NCBI GenBank assembly: GCA_934254925.1
Contig: CAKQMD010000002.1
Location: forward strand, 17,841 to 81,840
Reading direction: 5' to 3'
Source: an uncultured Alphaproteobacteria bacterium
GTDB taxonomy: Bacteria; Pseudomonadota; Alphaproteobacteria; RF32; CAG-239
DNA: 64,000 nt
This document shows, one piece after another, positions 9,937 through 18,645 of this stretch. Each line of letters opens with the position of its first letter. Position 1 is the stretch's first letter. Under the pieces are notes generated by a model. The model was not told where the DNA came from. It ran no database searches and saw only the letters and a list, made by a program, of their open reading frames with translations. A program made the position numbers and the translations under genes.

Positions 9937-10431
9937 TTATGATTTCTTGTTGTAGTCTTCCAATTTATTTAGGACCGCCGAGCGGATGGAGCTGCTTTCT
10001 TGCGGTGCTTCCGGTTTGATGGCGGCGATTTCTTTTTTTATGTCTTCAATGACGGCGGCCATGCTGCGGGTATTGCGCAGCAGGATCCTTTTGGAACCAT
10101 GGCCGTATTTACGAATGATGTAGCGGTTGTAAATTTGGAAAGGCCATAAAAAGATCTCCAGATAATCGACCCGATTGAGGCGTCGCCAGCCCCAAAACCA
10201 AAATATGACCACAAGCAGCAGCGTGATGAAAAACCAATAATCCGGCGCCGCTTTGATGACGCCGTTGTTGTTCCAAAAATCGCTGATTTTCTGCCAATCC
10301 GCAGGAGACATGAGATTAAAATGCCATAGGTAATAGACGATGATGGAGGCCGCGAACAAATAAACGGCGCTCCACAGACTGCCGATTAAGAGAAAACGGA
10401 AGAATTTCAACAATTTTTTCAGCATGGTCAA
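9937..10431 (-). CDS. Small 2-TM membrane protein, paralogous to the N-terminus of the 8591-9877 product
   Basis: 164 aa. The pattern W..F...W...W..VI...WF-TM2-GW..L aligns with residues ~20-95 of the 428-aa protein. Its start overlaps the stop of the upstream gene (ATGA). Confidence 0.6.
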   Translation of the reverse strand: MTMLKKLLKFFRFLLIGSLWSAVYLFAASIIVYYLWHFNLMSPADWQKISDFWNNNGVIKAAPDYWFFITLLLVVIFWFWGWRRLNRVDYLEIFLWPFQIYNRYIIRKYGHGSKRILLRNTRSMAAVIEDIKKEIAAIKPEAPQESSSIRSAVLNKLEDYNKKS

Positions 10432-12575
10432 TTCGTGTTGGTTCGTTTATTCATAATTTTTTGAGCAATCTGGGTATATTTTTGAAGTTGGGGATTGGAT
10501 ACATTTCCGATCTTGCCTTCCATAACAGCGTTAGCCTCTTCTTTTGTCAGTTTATTCTTATCATTTTCTCCTGTCTGTCCATTCGTCTCATTTTGAACAT
10601 GCTCGTTTATTTCCTCCTTGCCAATTCCCATTCTTTGCAATGCCTTATTTAATCTGTCGCGTGCTTCCTTATTGCTTTTTTGCTGTCCAGTTATCACATC
10701 AATCTCCATGTTAATATTGCGGAGTTCCTTATTGAGTTTGTTCATTTTGTCAGGGGCTGCCATAAGAGCGTCTCTGATACCTTCTTTTTCCTCCTCTCGG
10801 GATGTTTCTTGCTTTTTTTTCTGATCTGCGGTCTGTTGTTCTTCTCTTTGTTCTTCTTCCTGACGGTCACGGTTTTTTTGTTCTTCGTTACCGTATTTTT
10901 TTAGGATGCCTTCCGCTTCCTTCAAGGCTTCGTTTCTTTCGGGAGTACCTTCCGGTTTGAATTTTTTGTTTTCTATCTGCGTTTGGACGGTTTCGGATGC
11001 TCTTGCCGCCGCATTTTGAAGTTGCTCTTCTTGTGCTTGAAAACGTTTTTGTGCTTCTTGGTCGAGAATATATTTTTCGAGCATAAATTGGGTTATTGTC
11101 TCATTGTTAATACCCTGATCTCTCAAGTCTTTCTCCGCCGGGGAGAGTTTGTCCAGATCTTCGTCGGGAACGTTTTCAAGTATTGATTTAAACTCTGATA
11201 CGGCTTCCAATATTTCTTCTCTTTGTTCTTTATTGCCGGGATTGGTTTCATCGTTGCCGGCATCAAGTATAAAAGAGATCTCTTTTGTGATCTTTTCCTC
11301 TTCCTCCTCGTTCAAGGAAATTTTTGCAAGGATTGTTAGTTTTTCGTTGCTGATTTCTTTGTTGATTTCTTTGCGCAGGTTGGCATGGTATTCTACAATG
11401 GAATGTTGAACCTCCTGATATACTTCATCATACAGGCTTGCTGTATTTTCGCCTTTGAAATAGTCAGGATTGTTCATCTGTTTGTCCATCATTTGGGCAA
11501 AGGTGAGTTGGTGCGTCAAGACTTCAAGGGCTTGCCCTTTTTGCAGCGTTTGGAAAATTTGGTTTACGGAAGGGGCATATTCACCTGTTGACTGCGGATA
11601 TTGGGCTTTGATGGCCTCATCATAATCTCGATAAACATATTGTTTGCCGCTGAGGTATAGTTCCGCCTCATAAAGATAGGCCGCTCGGTCGTTTTCTTTC
11701 AATTCTGTCAAATGGTTCGTATTATCATATTGCTTATACCAAGTGTCGGGGGTGTTGGCCGCTTCGGTCAAAATGGCCGCTTGAATATACGGCGGGACGT
11801 CTGTGTCCTTAATTTTCCCGTCTTTTAAGTTTTGTAAAAAGGTTTTAAAACCGCCGTTTTCTTCATTTTGGATCTTTTGCAGGATCTTATCCACATCGTA
11901 ACCGCCATATTGGTTCATATGGGCATTAATAATCGTATTAAGGGGAATATCTCTATTGTTTTTTATGGCGGTTAAAAGCTTTTTATTCAGGCCGCGTTGT
12001 CTTTCATAGAATCGTCTGATGTTGCCGCAAGAGGTTACTTTTTCAGCACGGTCATGTACGTTCTCGTCTATCAGGCAGAGTGTTTCATAACCTTCCAAGG
12101 TACGCAGGGATTGTTGCTGTTGATTAGCATTCGTTCTTTTGGTCTTTATTTCCTCACGAACGTCTTTGATCAGGCTCCAGGTATCTTTGCCGACGGCTCT
12201 GCCGGCTTTGTAGAGCAGGCCTCCGGCATATCCAAAGATTTCATCGCCGGCTTTGTTTAATCCGGCCAGGAAGATTTCCTTGAACAGAAAATCGGTAATA
12301 TCGCCTTCTTTGATTTCAAACTTGCCCTTTTCAGGATCATAAATGTCTGCCTCATTACCGCCGTAGCTGATAGTCGGCTTTTTCGTGTCGTTGGCGTTAG
12401 CTTCTTGTCTACTTTCTTGCGTTTCTTCGCCTGGTAAGGTGAAGTTTGTGAAATCAGGTAACTTTTCCCCGGTTGTGAGGGTTGGGGCTGGGGAGGCGGA
12501 GGTTTGATTAACTTGTAGTTTTTTTTCTGTTAGCTCTCTGATGGCATTTGCTGTGCTGGTGTTTGCTGTGCTCAT
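10428..12575 (-). CDS. Large acidic, E/K/Q-rich coiled-coil-type protein (715 aa), effector-like
   Basis: ATG with an AAGGTG RBS. The protein is soluble with long charged low-complexity stretches (EEQREEQQTADQKKKQETSREEEKE) and no recognisable catalytic motif. Its GC appears lower (~40%) than that of the flanking virD4. Confidence 0.65.
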   Translation of the reverse strand: MSTANTSTANAIRELTEKKLQVNQTSASPAPTLTTGEKLPDFTNFTLPGEETQESRQEANANDTKKPTISYGGNEADIYDPEKGKFEIKEGDITDFLFKEIFLAGLNKAGDEIFGYAGGLLYKAGRAVGKDTWSLIKDVREEIKTKRTNANQQQQSLRTLEGYETLCLIDENVHDRAEKVTSCGNIRRFYERQRGLNKKLLTAIKNNRDIPLNTIINAHMNQYGGYDVDKILQKIQNEENGGFKTFLQNLKDGKIKDTDVPPYIQAAILTEAANTPDTWYKQYDNTNHLTELKENDRAAYLYEAELYLSGKQYVYRDYDEAIKAQYPQSTGEYAPSVNQIFQTLQKGQALEVLTHQLTFAQMMDKQMNNPDYFKGENTASLYDEVYQEVQHSIVEYHANLRKEINKEISNEKLTILAKISLNEEEEEKITKEISFILDAGNDETNPGNKEQREEILEAVSEFKSILENVPDEDLDKLSPAEKDLRDQGINNETITQFMLEKYILDQEAQKRFQAQEEQLQNAAARASETVQTQIENKKFKPEGTPERNEALKEAEGILKKYGNEEQKNRDRQEEEQREEQQTADQKKKQETSREEEKEGIRDALMAAPDKMNKLNKELRNINMEIDVITGQQKSNKEARDRLNKALQRMGIGKEEINEHVQNETNGQTGENDKNKLTKEEANAVMEGKIGNVSNPQLQKYTQIAQKIMNKRTNTN

Positions 12576-12655
12576 GGTATCACCTTGGCGTTAATCTTTT
12601 AATCTGTTGTAATTTTAGCATTAAAGTTTCTTTTTGTCTATATTTTTTTCTAAAA

Positions 12656-13609
12656 TTAAATTTTTAATTTTTTGATGAATTCACCGATTTCCTTGTTGAT
12701 GCGGATACCGTCTTCAGGTTTGCTTTTGATCAGCCCGAACAGGCGCGGCGGAATTTTGGAAACGTCTATCGGTGCATAGGTTGCGGGGTTGGAGATCAAT
12801 ATTTTATAAGCGCCGTCGGCGTCTTTCTGTGCGGTTTTGAAATAGTTGGTCACCAAGCGTTCGGCGTCAATCGGGAAGTTTTTGGCGGCGATGGCGGCAA
12901 TGAACTTTTGCATCTTTTCCTTGCGTTTTTGGTGTTCTTCGTAAATCCTTTTTTCGATTCGGTGCTTGCGAGCCTTAGCTTTGCGCATATTGTAGGCGAG
13001 TTCGCAGCCTTCGATCTCAATTAAGACTTCGACATAAGAGATCAGGGCCAGCTGCAGGGTTTCATCAGTGGTTTTTTCGGCAAATTCGAGGATTTCCTCG
13101 TCTTTAGCTGAGGCGTTTAAGGATTTTAAGCGTTGAGCATGACAGGCGATCATGATATCCCAGCCGCTGAGGACGTCGGTGGTAAAAAATTTACCGATCT
13201 TGGGTTTGTAACGGAGATAAAGCATCTCAGGCTTTATCAGAAATTCCGGCATGTTTAGGTTGTTTTCTCGGCCCATTTTTCGTACGGTGTCGGAAAAATT
13301 GCGGTAAGCGTCGTAAAGGGCGCGCTCTTCCTCGTATAAATTGTTGACGACGGCGTTTTCTTCCTCCGAGAGAGATAGCTGTGTCGGAGAAGGTTTGTCG
13401 TTGTGCTTGGCCTCTTTCAGGTCTTCTTGGCGCTCTTCGATGTCTGCCAGTTCCTGATTGATAAATTCATTCAGCAGATTTTCAAAGTCGTCGTTGTCGG
13501 TGTCTCTTTTGATGTCTATCCCGCTGATTTCGTTATTGATGACTTCACTGTCAATGTCGCCGATAAGGTCTTCAATGTTGGGAGTGGAGAGTTTTGACGG
13601 TTCAGCCAT
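12656..13609 (-). CDS. Acidic hypothetical protein (317 aa)
   Basis: ATG with an AAGGAGG RBS, 11 nt downstream of the stop of gene 13621-13905. The N-terminus is D/E-rich. No recognised domain. Confidence 0.6.
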   Translation of the reverse strand: MAEPSKLSTPNIEDLIGDIDSEVINNEISGIDIKRDTDNDDFENLLNEFINQELADIEERQEDLKEAKHNDKPSPTQLSLSEEENAVVNNLYEEERALYDAYRNFSDTVRKMGRENNLNMPEFLIKPEMLYLRYKPKIGKFFTTDVLSGWDIMIACHAQRLKSLNASAKDEEILEFAEKTTDETLQLALISYVEVLIEIEGCELAYNMRKAKARKHRIEKRIYEEHQKRKEKMQKFIAAIAAKNFPIDAERLVTNYFKTAQKDADGAYKILISNPATYAPIDVSKIPPRLFGLIKSKPEDGIRINKEIGEFIKKLKI

Positions 13610-13620
13610 AAGCGCCTCCT

Positions 13621-13905
13621 TTAATGCAGTTGAACGGTTGAAAGCCTTTTGGCGGTTTGCGGATCATAGATGATAATTCGGTCCTCAAGTCCGCCGTCGC
13701 GTACCAGCAGGTAAAGCAAGCCGTCCTGCAGGCGGAATTGGTAAATGTTGCTGCCCAACGGTTCTCCGAGGCGACTGACTTCCGGCATGGGAGCCGACGG
13801 GGTTTGGGCACGGCGATACAGCGTGTGGAGAAGCAAAATGCTGCCGGCAATTAGTAAAAAAGTGATGACAAAGACCAGGTTTTTTATCAGTTTCAATTTG
13901 TCCAT
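13621..13905 (-). CDS. Small signal-anchored protein (94 aa), first gene of the VirD4 operon
   Basis: An N-terminal TM helix (LVFVITFLLIAGSILLL) is followed by a short beta-rich domain. The stop lies 11 nt before the next gene's RBS. It is divergent from rluD across a 71-bp intergenic region. Confidence 0.45.
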   Translation of the reverse strand: MDKLKLIKNLVFVITFLLIAGSILLLHTLYRRAQTPSAPMPEVSRLGEPLGSNIYQFRLQDGLLYLLVRDGGLEDRIIIYDPQTAKRLSTVQLH

Positions 13906-13976
13906 TCCAGGCTTCCTCTTGCAAAATTGCGATTAACGTGTATTGTAATATAAATTTAGGAGAACCGCAATCAAAT

Positions 13977-14948
13977 ATGACTGATAATATACTTACAACA
14001 GAATTGGTTAATAAACAATATAACGGTTGGCGCGTCGACAAGTTTTTGAGTCGGAGTTTTCCCGAGTTGTCGCGGACGCAAATTCAGCGTCTGATCAACA
14101 ATGGTTGTTTGACCAGCGACGAAAACACTGTTGCCGACAGCGCTTATAAGGTCAAAATCGGGGAGGTGTTTCAACTGCTGATTCCCGAACCGGAAGACGC
14201 CGACCCGCAGCCGGAAAATATTGCACTGGATATCGTCTATGAAGACGAGGATTTGATTGTGGTGAACAAGCCGGCCGGCATGACTGTGCATCCGGCACCG
14301 GGGTCTCCCAGCGGCACGTTGGTGAATGCGCTGCTGTTTCACTGCAAGGACAAGTTGTCGGGAATCGGCGGCGTCAAACGTCCGGGAATCGTGCATCGGA
14401 TCGACAAAGAAACTTCCGGGCTTTTGGTGGCGGCCAAAAACGACCTGACGCACCGCGGTTTATGTGCGCAGTTTGCCGAACATTCAATTGAGAGGACCTA
14501 TTGGGCAATGGTTTTTAATGTGCCGAATCCGTCGGAAGGGAGAATCGAAGGAGACATCGGCCGCAGTCCCTATGATCGGAAAAAAATGGCCGTTGTTCAT
14601 AAAAACGGCAAGCCGGCGGTGACGCATTATCGGGTTTTGCAGAGTTACCATCAGGCGGCATCTTTGGTGCAGTGTCGGCTTGAAACCGGTAGAACGCACC
14701 AGATTCGGGTGCATATGAGCCATAACGGCTGGCATTTGATCGGGGATCAGCTGTATGTGAAGTCACGCAAGATTTGTGACAAAAACCTGGCGGCGGAGGC
14801 CGTCGAGTATATCAATCATTTTCCGCGGCAGGCCTTGCATGCCAAGACTTTGGGCTTTATTCATCCGCAAAGCGGCGCGTTTTTGCAGTTTGATTCCGAT
14901 CTGCCAGAAGATCTGAAAATCCTGCAGGCCAAGCTGGAAGCTCTGTAA
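13977..14948 (+). CDS. rluD: 23S rRNA pseudouridine synthase RluD (RluA family, S4 domain)
   Basis: An S4-like N-terminus (WRVDKFLS) and the RluA catalytic motif HRIDKETSGLLV are present. The ATG at 13977 with AGGAG 13 nt upstream is preferred over the GTG at 13938 in the ORF track. Confidence 0.85.
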   Translation: MTDNILTTELVNKQYNGWRVDKFLSRSFPELSRTQIQRLINNGCLTSDENTVADSAYKVKIGEVFQLLIPEPEDADPQPENIALDIVYEDEDLIVVNKPAGMTVHPAPGSPSGTLVNALLFHCKDKLSGIGGVKRPGIVHRIDKETSGLLVAAKNDLTHRGLCAQFAEHSIERTYWAMVFNVPNPSEGRIEGDIGRSPYDRKKMAVVHKNGKPAVTHYRVLQSYHQAASLVQCRLETGRTHQIRVHMSHNGWHLIGDQLYVKSRKICDKNLAAEAVEYINHFPRQALHAKTLGFIHPQSGAFLQFDSDLPEDLKILQAKLEAL

Positions 14949-14988
14949 AGCGACAAGTAGAACTAAAGTCTATGTTGATAAAATTTGT

Positions 14989-15015
14989 AATTGGAGTAGG
15001 GTGAACGCTCCAATT
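14989..15015 (+). promoter_or_regulatory. Perfect 8-bp inverted repeat (AATTGGAG-N11-CTCCAATT) in the rpoH 5' leader, abutting the Shine-Dalgarno
   Basis: Seen directly in the sequence. The hairpin ends 2 nt before AAAGGAGAG, and the ATG is at 15030. Confidence 0.35.
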
Positions 15016-15029
15016 AAAGGAGAGTCGTT

Positions 15030-15911
15030 ATGGAAAATTCGCTTGGAATTAACGGACTTGACTTTTCTCCTGAAATTAACTTGGTTAGGTATCTGCAGTC
15101 GATTCGGAAATTTCCCATTTTGACTTTGGAAAAAGAATATGAACTGGCTGTGGAATATCAGAAAACAAAAAATCCGCAATTAGCTCATCAGTTGATTAAC
15201 TCGCACCTGCGTTTGGTGGTGAAGGTCGTCTCTAAGTATAAGGGATACGGTTTGCCGATTTCCGAAATGATTTCGGAAGGCAATATCGGTCTGCTTTATG
15301 CCGTGGAGAAATTCGATCCTGACAAGGGATTCCGCTTCTCGACCTACGCGATGTGGTGGATTAAAGCCTCGGTTCAAAAGTATATCCTTAATTCCTGGTC
15401 TTTGGTTAAGATCGGCACGACGGCCGCTCAGAAAAAGCTGTTCTTTAATCTGCGCAAGATTAAAAACAAGCTGAATTTGATGGATGACCGTGAGATGTCA
15501 AGCAAGATTATCAGCGGGATCGCCAAGTCTTTGGACGTCAGTGTCCAAGACGTGACGGAAATGAATACCCGGCTGAAGTCGCATGACGGATCCCTCAACG
15601 TGATGATCGACACCGGGTCGGACAACGGGAGCGAGTGGATGGATTTTATTTCAGACAACAAACCCAATCAGGAAGAAGTCCTGGCTTATTCCGAAACGAT
15701 GTCTTACCGTAAGCGGTTGTTCAATGAGGCTTTGGGCTGTTTGAACAAGCGTGAAAAGGATATTTTGTTCAAGCGGCGTCTGGTGGAAAAATCCGTGACA
15801 TTGGACGATTTGAGCAAAACTTATGCAATTTCTAAAGAAAGGGTACGGCAGATTGAATTGAATTCGATTAAGAAAATCAAGAAATCAATCGGTCTTAACA
15901 CTTTGAACTAG
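15030..15911 (+). CDS. rpoH: RNA polymerase sigma-32 heat-shock factor
   Basis: The ORF is 293 aa. It contains the RpoH box (AQKKLFFNLRK) and sigma-70 regions 2 and 4. Confidence 0.9.
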   Translation: MENSLGINGLDFSPEINLVRYLQSIRKFPILTLEKEYELAVEYQKTKNPQLAHQLINSHLRLVVKVVSKYKGYGLPISEMISEGNIGLLYAVEKFDPDKGFRFSTYAMWWIKASVQKYILNSWSLVKIGTTAAQKKLFFNLRKIKNKLNLMDDREMSSKIISGIAKSLDVSVQDVTEMNTRLKSHDGSLNVMIDTGSDNGSEWMDFISDNKPNQEEVLAYSETMSYRKRLFNEALGCLNKREKDILFKRRLVEKSVTLDDLSKTYAISKERVRQIELNSIKKIKKSIGLNTLN

Positions 15912-15935
15912 GTTTAATTACATATAAAAAAACGC

Positions 15936-15966
15936 CCGCTTGAAGAAAACGGGCGTTTTTTACGGT
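15936..15966. terminator. Bidirectional terminator between rpoH and the convergent membrane-protein gene
   Basis: AAAAAAACGCCCGCTTGAAGAAAACGGGCGTTTTTTAC. Confidence 0.6.
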
Positions 15967-16466
15967 TATTTTTCAGACGGAGGAGTGATCAGGTCGCTTC
16001 CCCAGCCTTCGGCCAGCTTTTCCAGGCGGTTGTCTATCGTTTTCAGGCGTTTTTGCGTGGAAAGCTTGTAGAGAAAAATAAACAAATTGGGAACCTCATA
16101 GTACACGATCAGGCCGATGGCGGCAGAGCCCAGCATAATGATGAGGTTGAAGATGTTGCCGAGAATGTAAAAGGCTTCATGGATGCTGAAGTTGCTCAAA
16201 ACGTTCATGAAATAGATGAAGACACCGGCCAGGTTGAAGCAGCCGACAACCAGAAGTTTGGATGAATTTTTGGGATCGGTGATCAGCAAGGTTATTGTCG
16301 GCAGCAGTCCGATCATCAGGATCAAAACGGCGGGCAAAGTCGTCAACATCAATAAAAACAAAGCAAAAAACAGCATTGTCTTTTGAGTGATTGACAATCG
16401 GCGAAAAGCCGAAGCCAGACGGTTGTTATCTCCTTTTTTTCTGATTTTCTTCATTTCAGCACCCAA
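15966..16466 (-). CDS. Integral membrane protein (3-4 TM), co-transcribed with the kinase-like gene
   Basis: 166 aa with hydrophobic helices. Its start overlaps the end of the upstream kinase-like gene (16451-16466). Confidence 0.5.
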   Translation of the reverse strand: MGAEMKKIRKKGDNNRLASAFRRLSITQKTMLFFALFLLMLTTLPAVLILMIGLLPTITLLITDPKNSSKLLVVGCFNLAGVFIYFMNVLSNFSIHEAFYILGNIFNLIIMLGSAAIGLIVYYEVPNLFIFLYKLSTQKRLKTIDNRLEKLAEGWGSDLITPPSEK

Positions 16467-18484
16467 TGGATAACGTTAAGGATGAACGAACTGATCATGG
16501 TTAAGACGGCCAGAACGCCGGCAAATTTCAGCGCCAATTCGGTGGCTTCTTCGTCAAGTTTGTCGCCGCCGGTGATAATTCTGGTTTTCTCATGCAGCAG
16601 AGATTTAGCCAGAGCAGCCGCTTCCGTGTATTCGGCGCGGTCTTTTTGCCTTGCTTCCTCATTTTCAAGAATATCGCAAAAGTCGATGATTTTACCGCTT
16701 TTGGCGCGCTGGATGATCTCACGTTCAAGATGTTTTTGATATTTGAGGTTATGGTAGCTTTTGATTACCGGTTTTGAGACGCTGATCAGCCACTGACAGA
16801 GATTGAAAAGCTGCAACGGGCCGTATTTGTTTTGCATGTTGGCGTAAAGGCGTATGATGGCGCTGATGCGAATGTCGTCACGGGCGGCGTTAAGATCGGT
16901 GATGATGCCGTCGATTTTTTTGCCCATTTTGCAACGCAGATAGGCGATGATGTTGCGGTCGTAAGGGGGCGTTTCTTGTTTTTTCAGGGCGTAAGCGTTG
17001 TCCAGCGCCTTGAGGACTTTGGGCGCGGAAGTGACAAAATCGTTGCCGATCAAGGGGCTGATACAGGGTAGGTCTTCGTCGAAGTCATACATAATGCGGT
17101 CGATGCCGTATCCCATGTCCTTGCGGTTGATGTAAATGCGAAATTCCGCGGCATTGGTCGGTGCACGAAGGTTTTCTTGTTCCTGATACCAGTTTTTGAT
17201 GATGTCGGATGAAAACAGTGCATGAAAGTCATCCAGGTTTTTGTGTTGTTTTTGTGCATAAAAGATGGCTTTGGGGGCTCCATTGGGAAAAATGCAGGTG
17301 TTGTTGTAGCGAATGGGCAGACTGGGGGCAATCAGGACACAGATCTGCGGTACAAGCATTTCCTCTTTTATTTCTTCAGATTTGATCAGGCGTTCAATTT
17401 TGCTGATGAGTTTGTCGTTGTCAAGAGAGCTTTTGGCCCATTCCAGGATCTTGCCGGACTTGATGATCTCCAGTGCTTCTTTTTGATTGGTCATTAAGGC
17501 GTAGGCAACGTTACGGCTGTTGTAGTATTTTTCTCCGTTGACGATGAGGGCTTTGGGCGAGCGCTCACTCGGCGCCGGATTGGAAAAGCTGTTGGCTTTT
17601 CCTTCCAGAAAGTTGTAAATTTGGATGTAATTCCAGCGTTGAGCCGGATCGTCGTTGACCATGCCTTTAAAAAGGTTAACATAAGCGTTGGGAATTCGCT
17701 CTTCATTCGTGAGGGTTAGATAGCTGCCTTTTTTGAGTTTTAAGCGCAAAACCTCCGGTAAGGAAAGCTCTTTGAGCAGTTCTTTGCGGGTAATCAGACA
17801 AAGGGCGGTTACGCCGACGGCGTAAATATCGTCCTGATCCGTGCCGCTGCCGCGGCCTTCGGGATCAGACATCAGGCTTTCCATGGTTTCAAAGGCCGGC
17901 GGCTGATGAAAAGCGGGGAAAGAGGCGGCGCAATCCCCGACGATGATTTCATGGCGCATACGATCGCGGTAAAAGAGGTTATCCAAGCGGATGGAACGGT
18001 GCGTGATGGAATAACCTTTCAAGGCCTCGGCGGCGGAGATCATTGAGATAATCGCCGATTTAAGTTTGTCGGCATTAGCGGCGTAGTCGATGTCGTTTTC
18101 TGTAAAATCTATCACTTTACCGCCGAGAGGCGTTTGATAGATCAGTGCTTGGTTGCGGGAATTTTGCTTGGGATAGTCGATGATGCCGTACTCGACCATT
18201 TTCATCAAATTCGGGTTGTCAATGGATTTCAGATAAGGCAAAATGGCGTTGCGCGGCGATGTCTCGTTGCTGCAGACAAGAGCGAAAAGCTCGCGTTTGG
18301 CGTCTACCTTGTCATTGACTTTATAGGCAACGGCGCCGTTCATGTCCAAATGCGGCAAAGGAACGTCAAAGTTGATCTCATAACGCTCTTTTAACAAAAA
18401 TAAAGAAGAATTGGCCGGGGTTTGGCTTTTTTTCGGCGTTTCCGGCTTTGGTGCTTCTTCTGTCTGTTTTTCTTCATCAGCCAT
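16451..18484 (-). CDS. Eukaryotic-like Ser/Thr protein kinase-fold protein (probable pseudokinase) with a C-terminal transmembrane anchor
   Basis: The N-terminal ~300 aa show a kinase catalytic-loop-like HRSIRLDNLFY (HRD changed to HRS), a DFG-like VGDCAAS, and a subdomain IX-like DIYAVGVTALCLITRK. No glycine-rich loop is evident. A long C-terminal region follows, ending in a terminal TM helix LAVLTMISSFILNVIHWVLK. Confidence 0.55.
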   Translation of the reverse strand: MADEEKQTEEAPKPETPKKSQTPANSSLFLLKERYEINFDVPLPHLDMNGAVAYKVNDKVDAKRELFALVCSNETSPRNAILPYLKSIDNPNLMKMVEYGIIDYPKQNSRNQALIYQTPLGGKVIDFTENDIDYAANADKLKSAIISMISAAEALKGYSITHRSIRLDNLFYRDRMRHEIIVGDCAASFPAFHQPPAFETMESLMSDPEGRGSGTDQDDIYAVGVTALCLITRKELLKELSLPEVLRLKLKKGSYLTLTNEERIPNAYVNLFKGMVNDDPAQRWNYIQIYNFLEGKANSFSNPAPSERSPKALIVNGEKYYNSRNVAYALMTNQKEALEIIKSGKILEWAKSSLDNDKLISKIERLIKSEEIKEEMLVPQICVLIAPSLPIRYNNTCIFPNGAPKAIFYAQKQHKNLDDFHALFSSDIIKNWYQEQENLRAPTNAAEFRIYINRKDMGYGIDRIMYDFDEDLPCISPLIGNDFVTSAPKVLKALDNAYALKKQETPPYDRNIIAYLRCKMGKKIDGIITDLNAARDDIRISAIIRLYANMQNKYGPLQLFNLCQWLISVSKPVIKSYHNLKYQKHLEREIIQRAKSGKIIDFCDILENEEARQKDRAEYTEAAALAKSLLHEKTRIITGGDKLDEEATELALKFAGVLAVLTMISSFILNVIHWVLK

Positions 18485-18645
18485 TTTTTAGAATTCTCTC
18501 TGTCCGTTGCTTTCTATTTTCAGCTTATCATAGTCAAATATCGTTAACAAAGCGCAAATATTTTGCCAAAAATTAAAAAATGGTGCAAAAGCGGGGAAAT
18601 GGTTGAGTTTAAAAAAAAATGACTTAGTATATATCAATGTGACAT

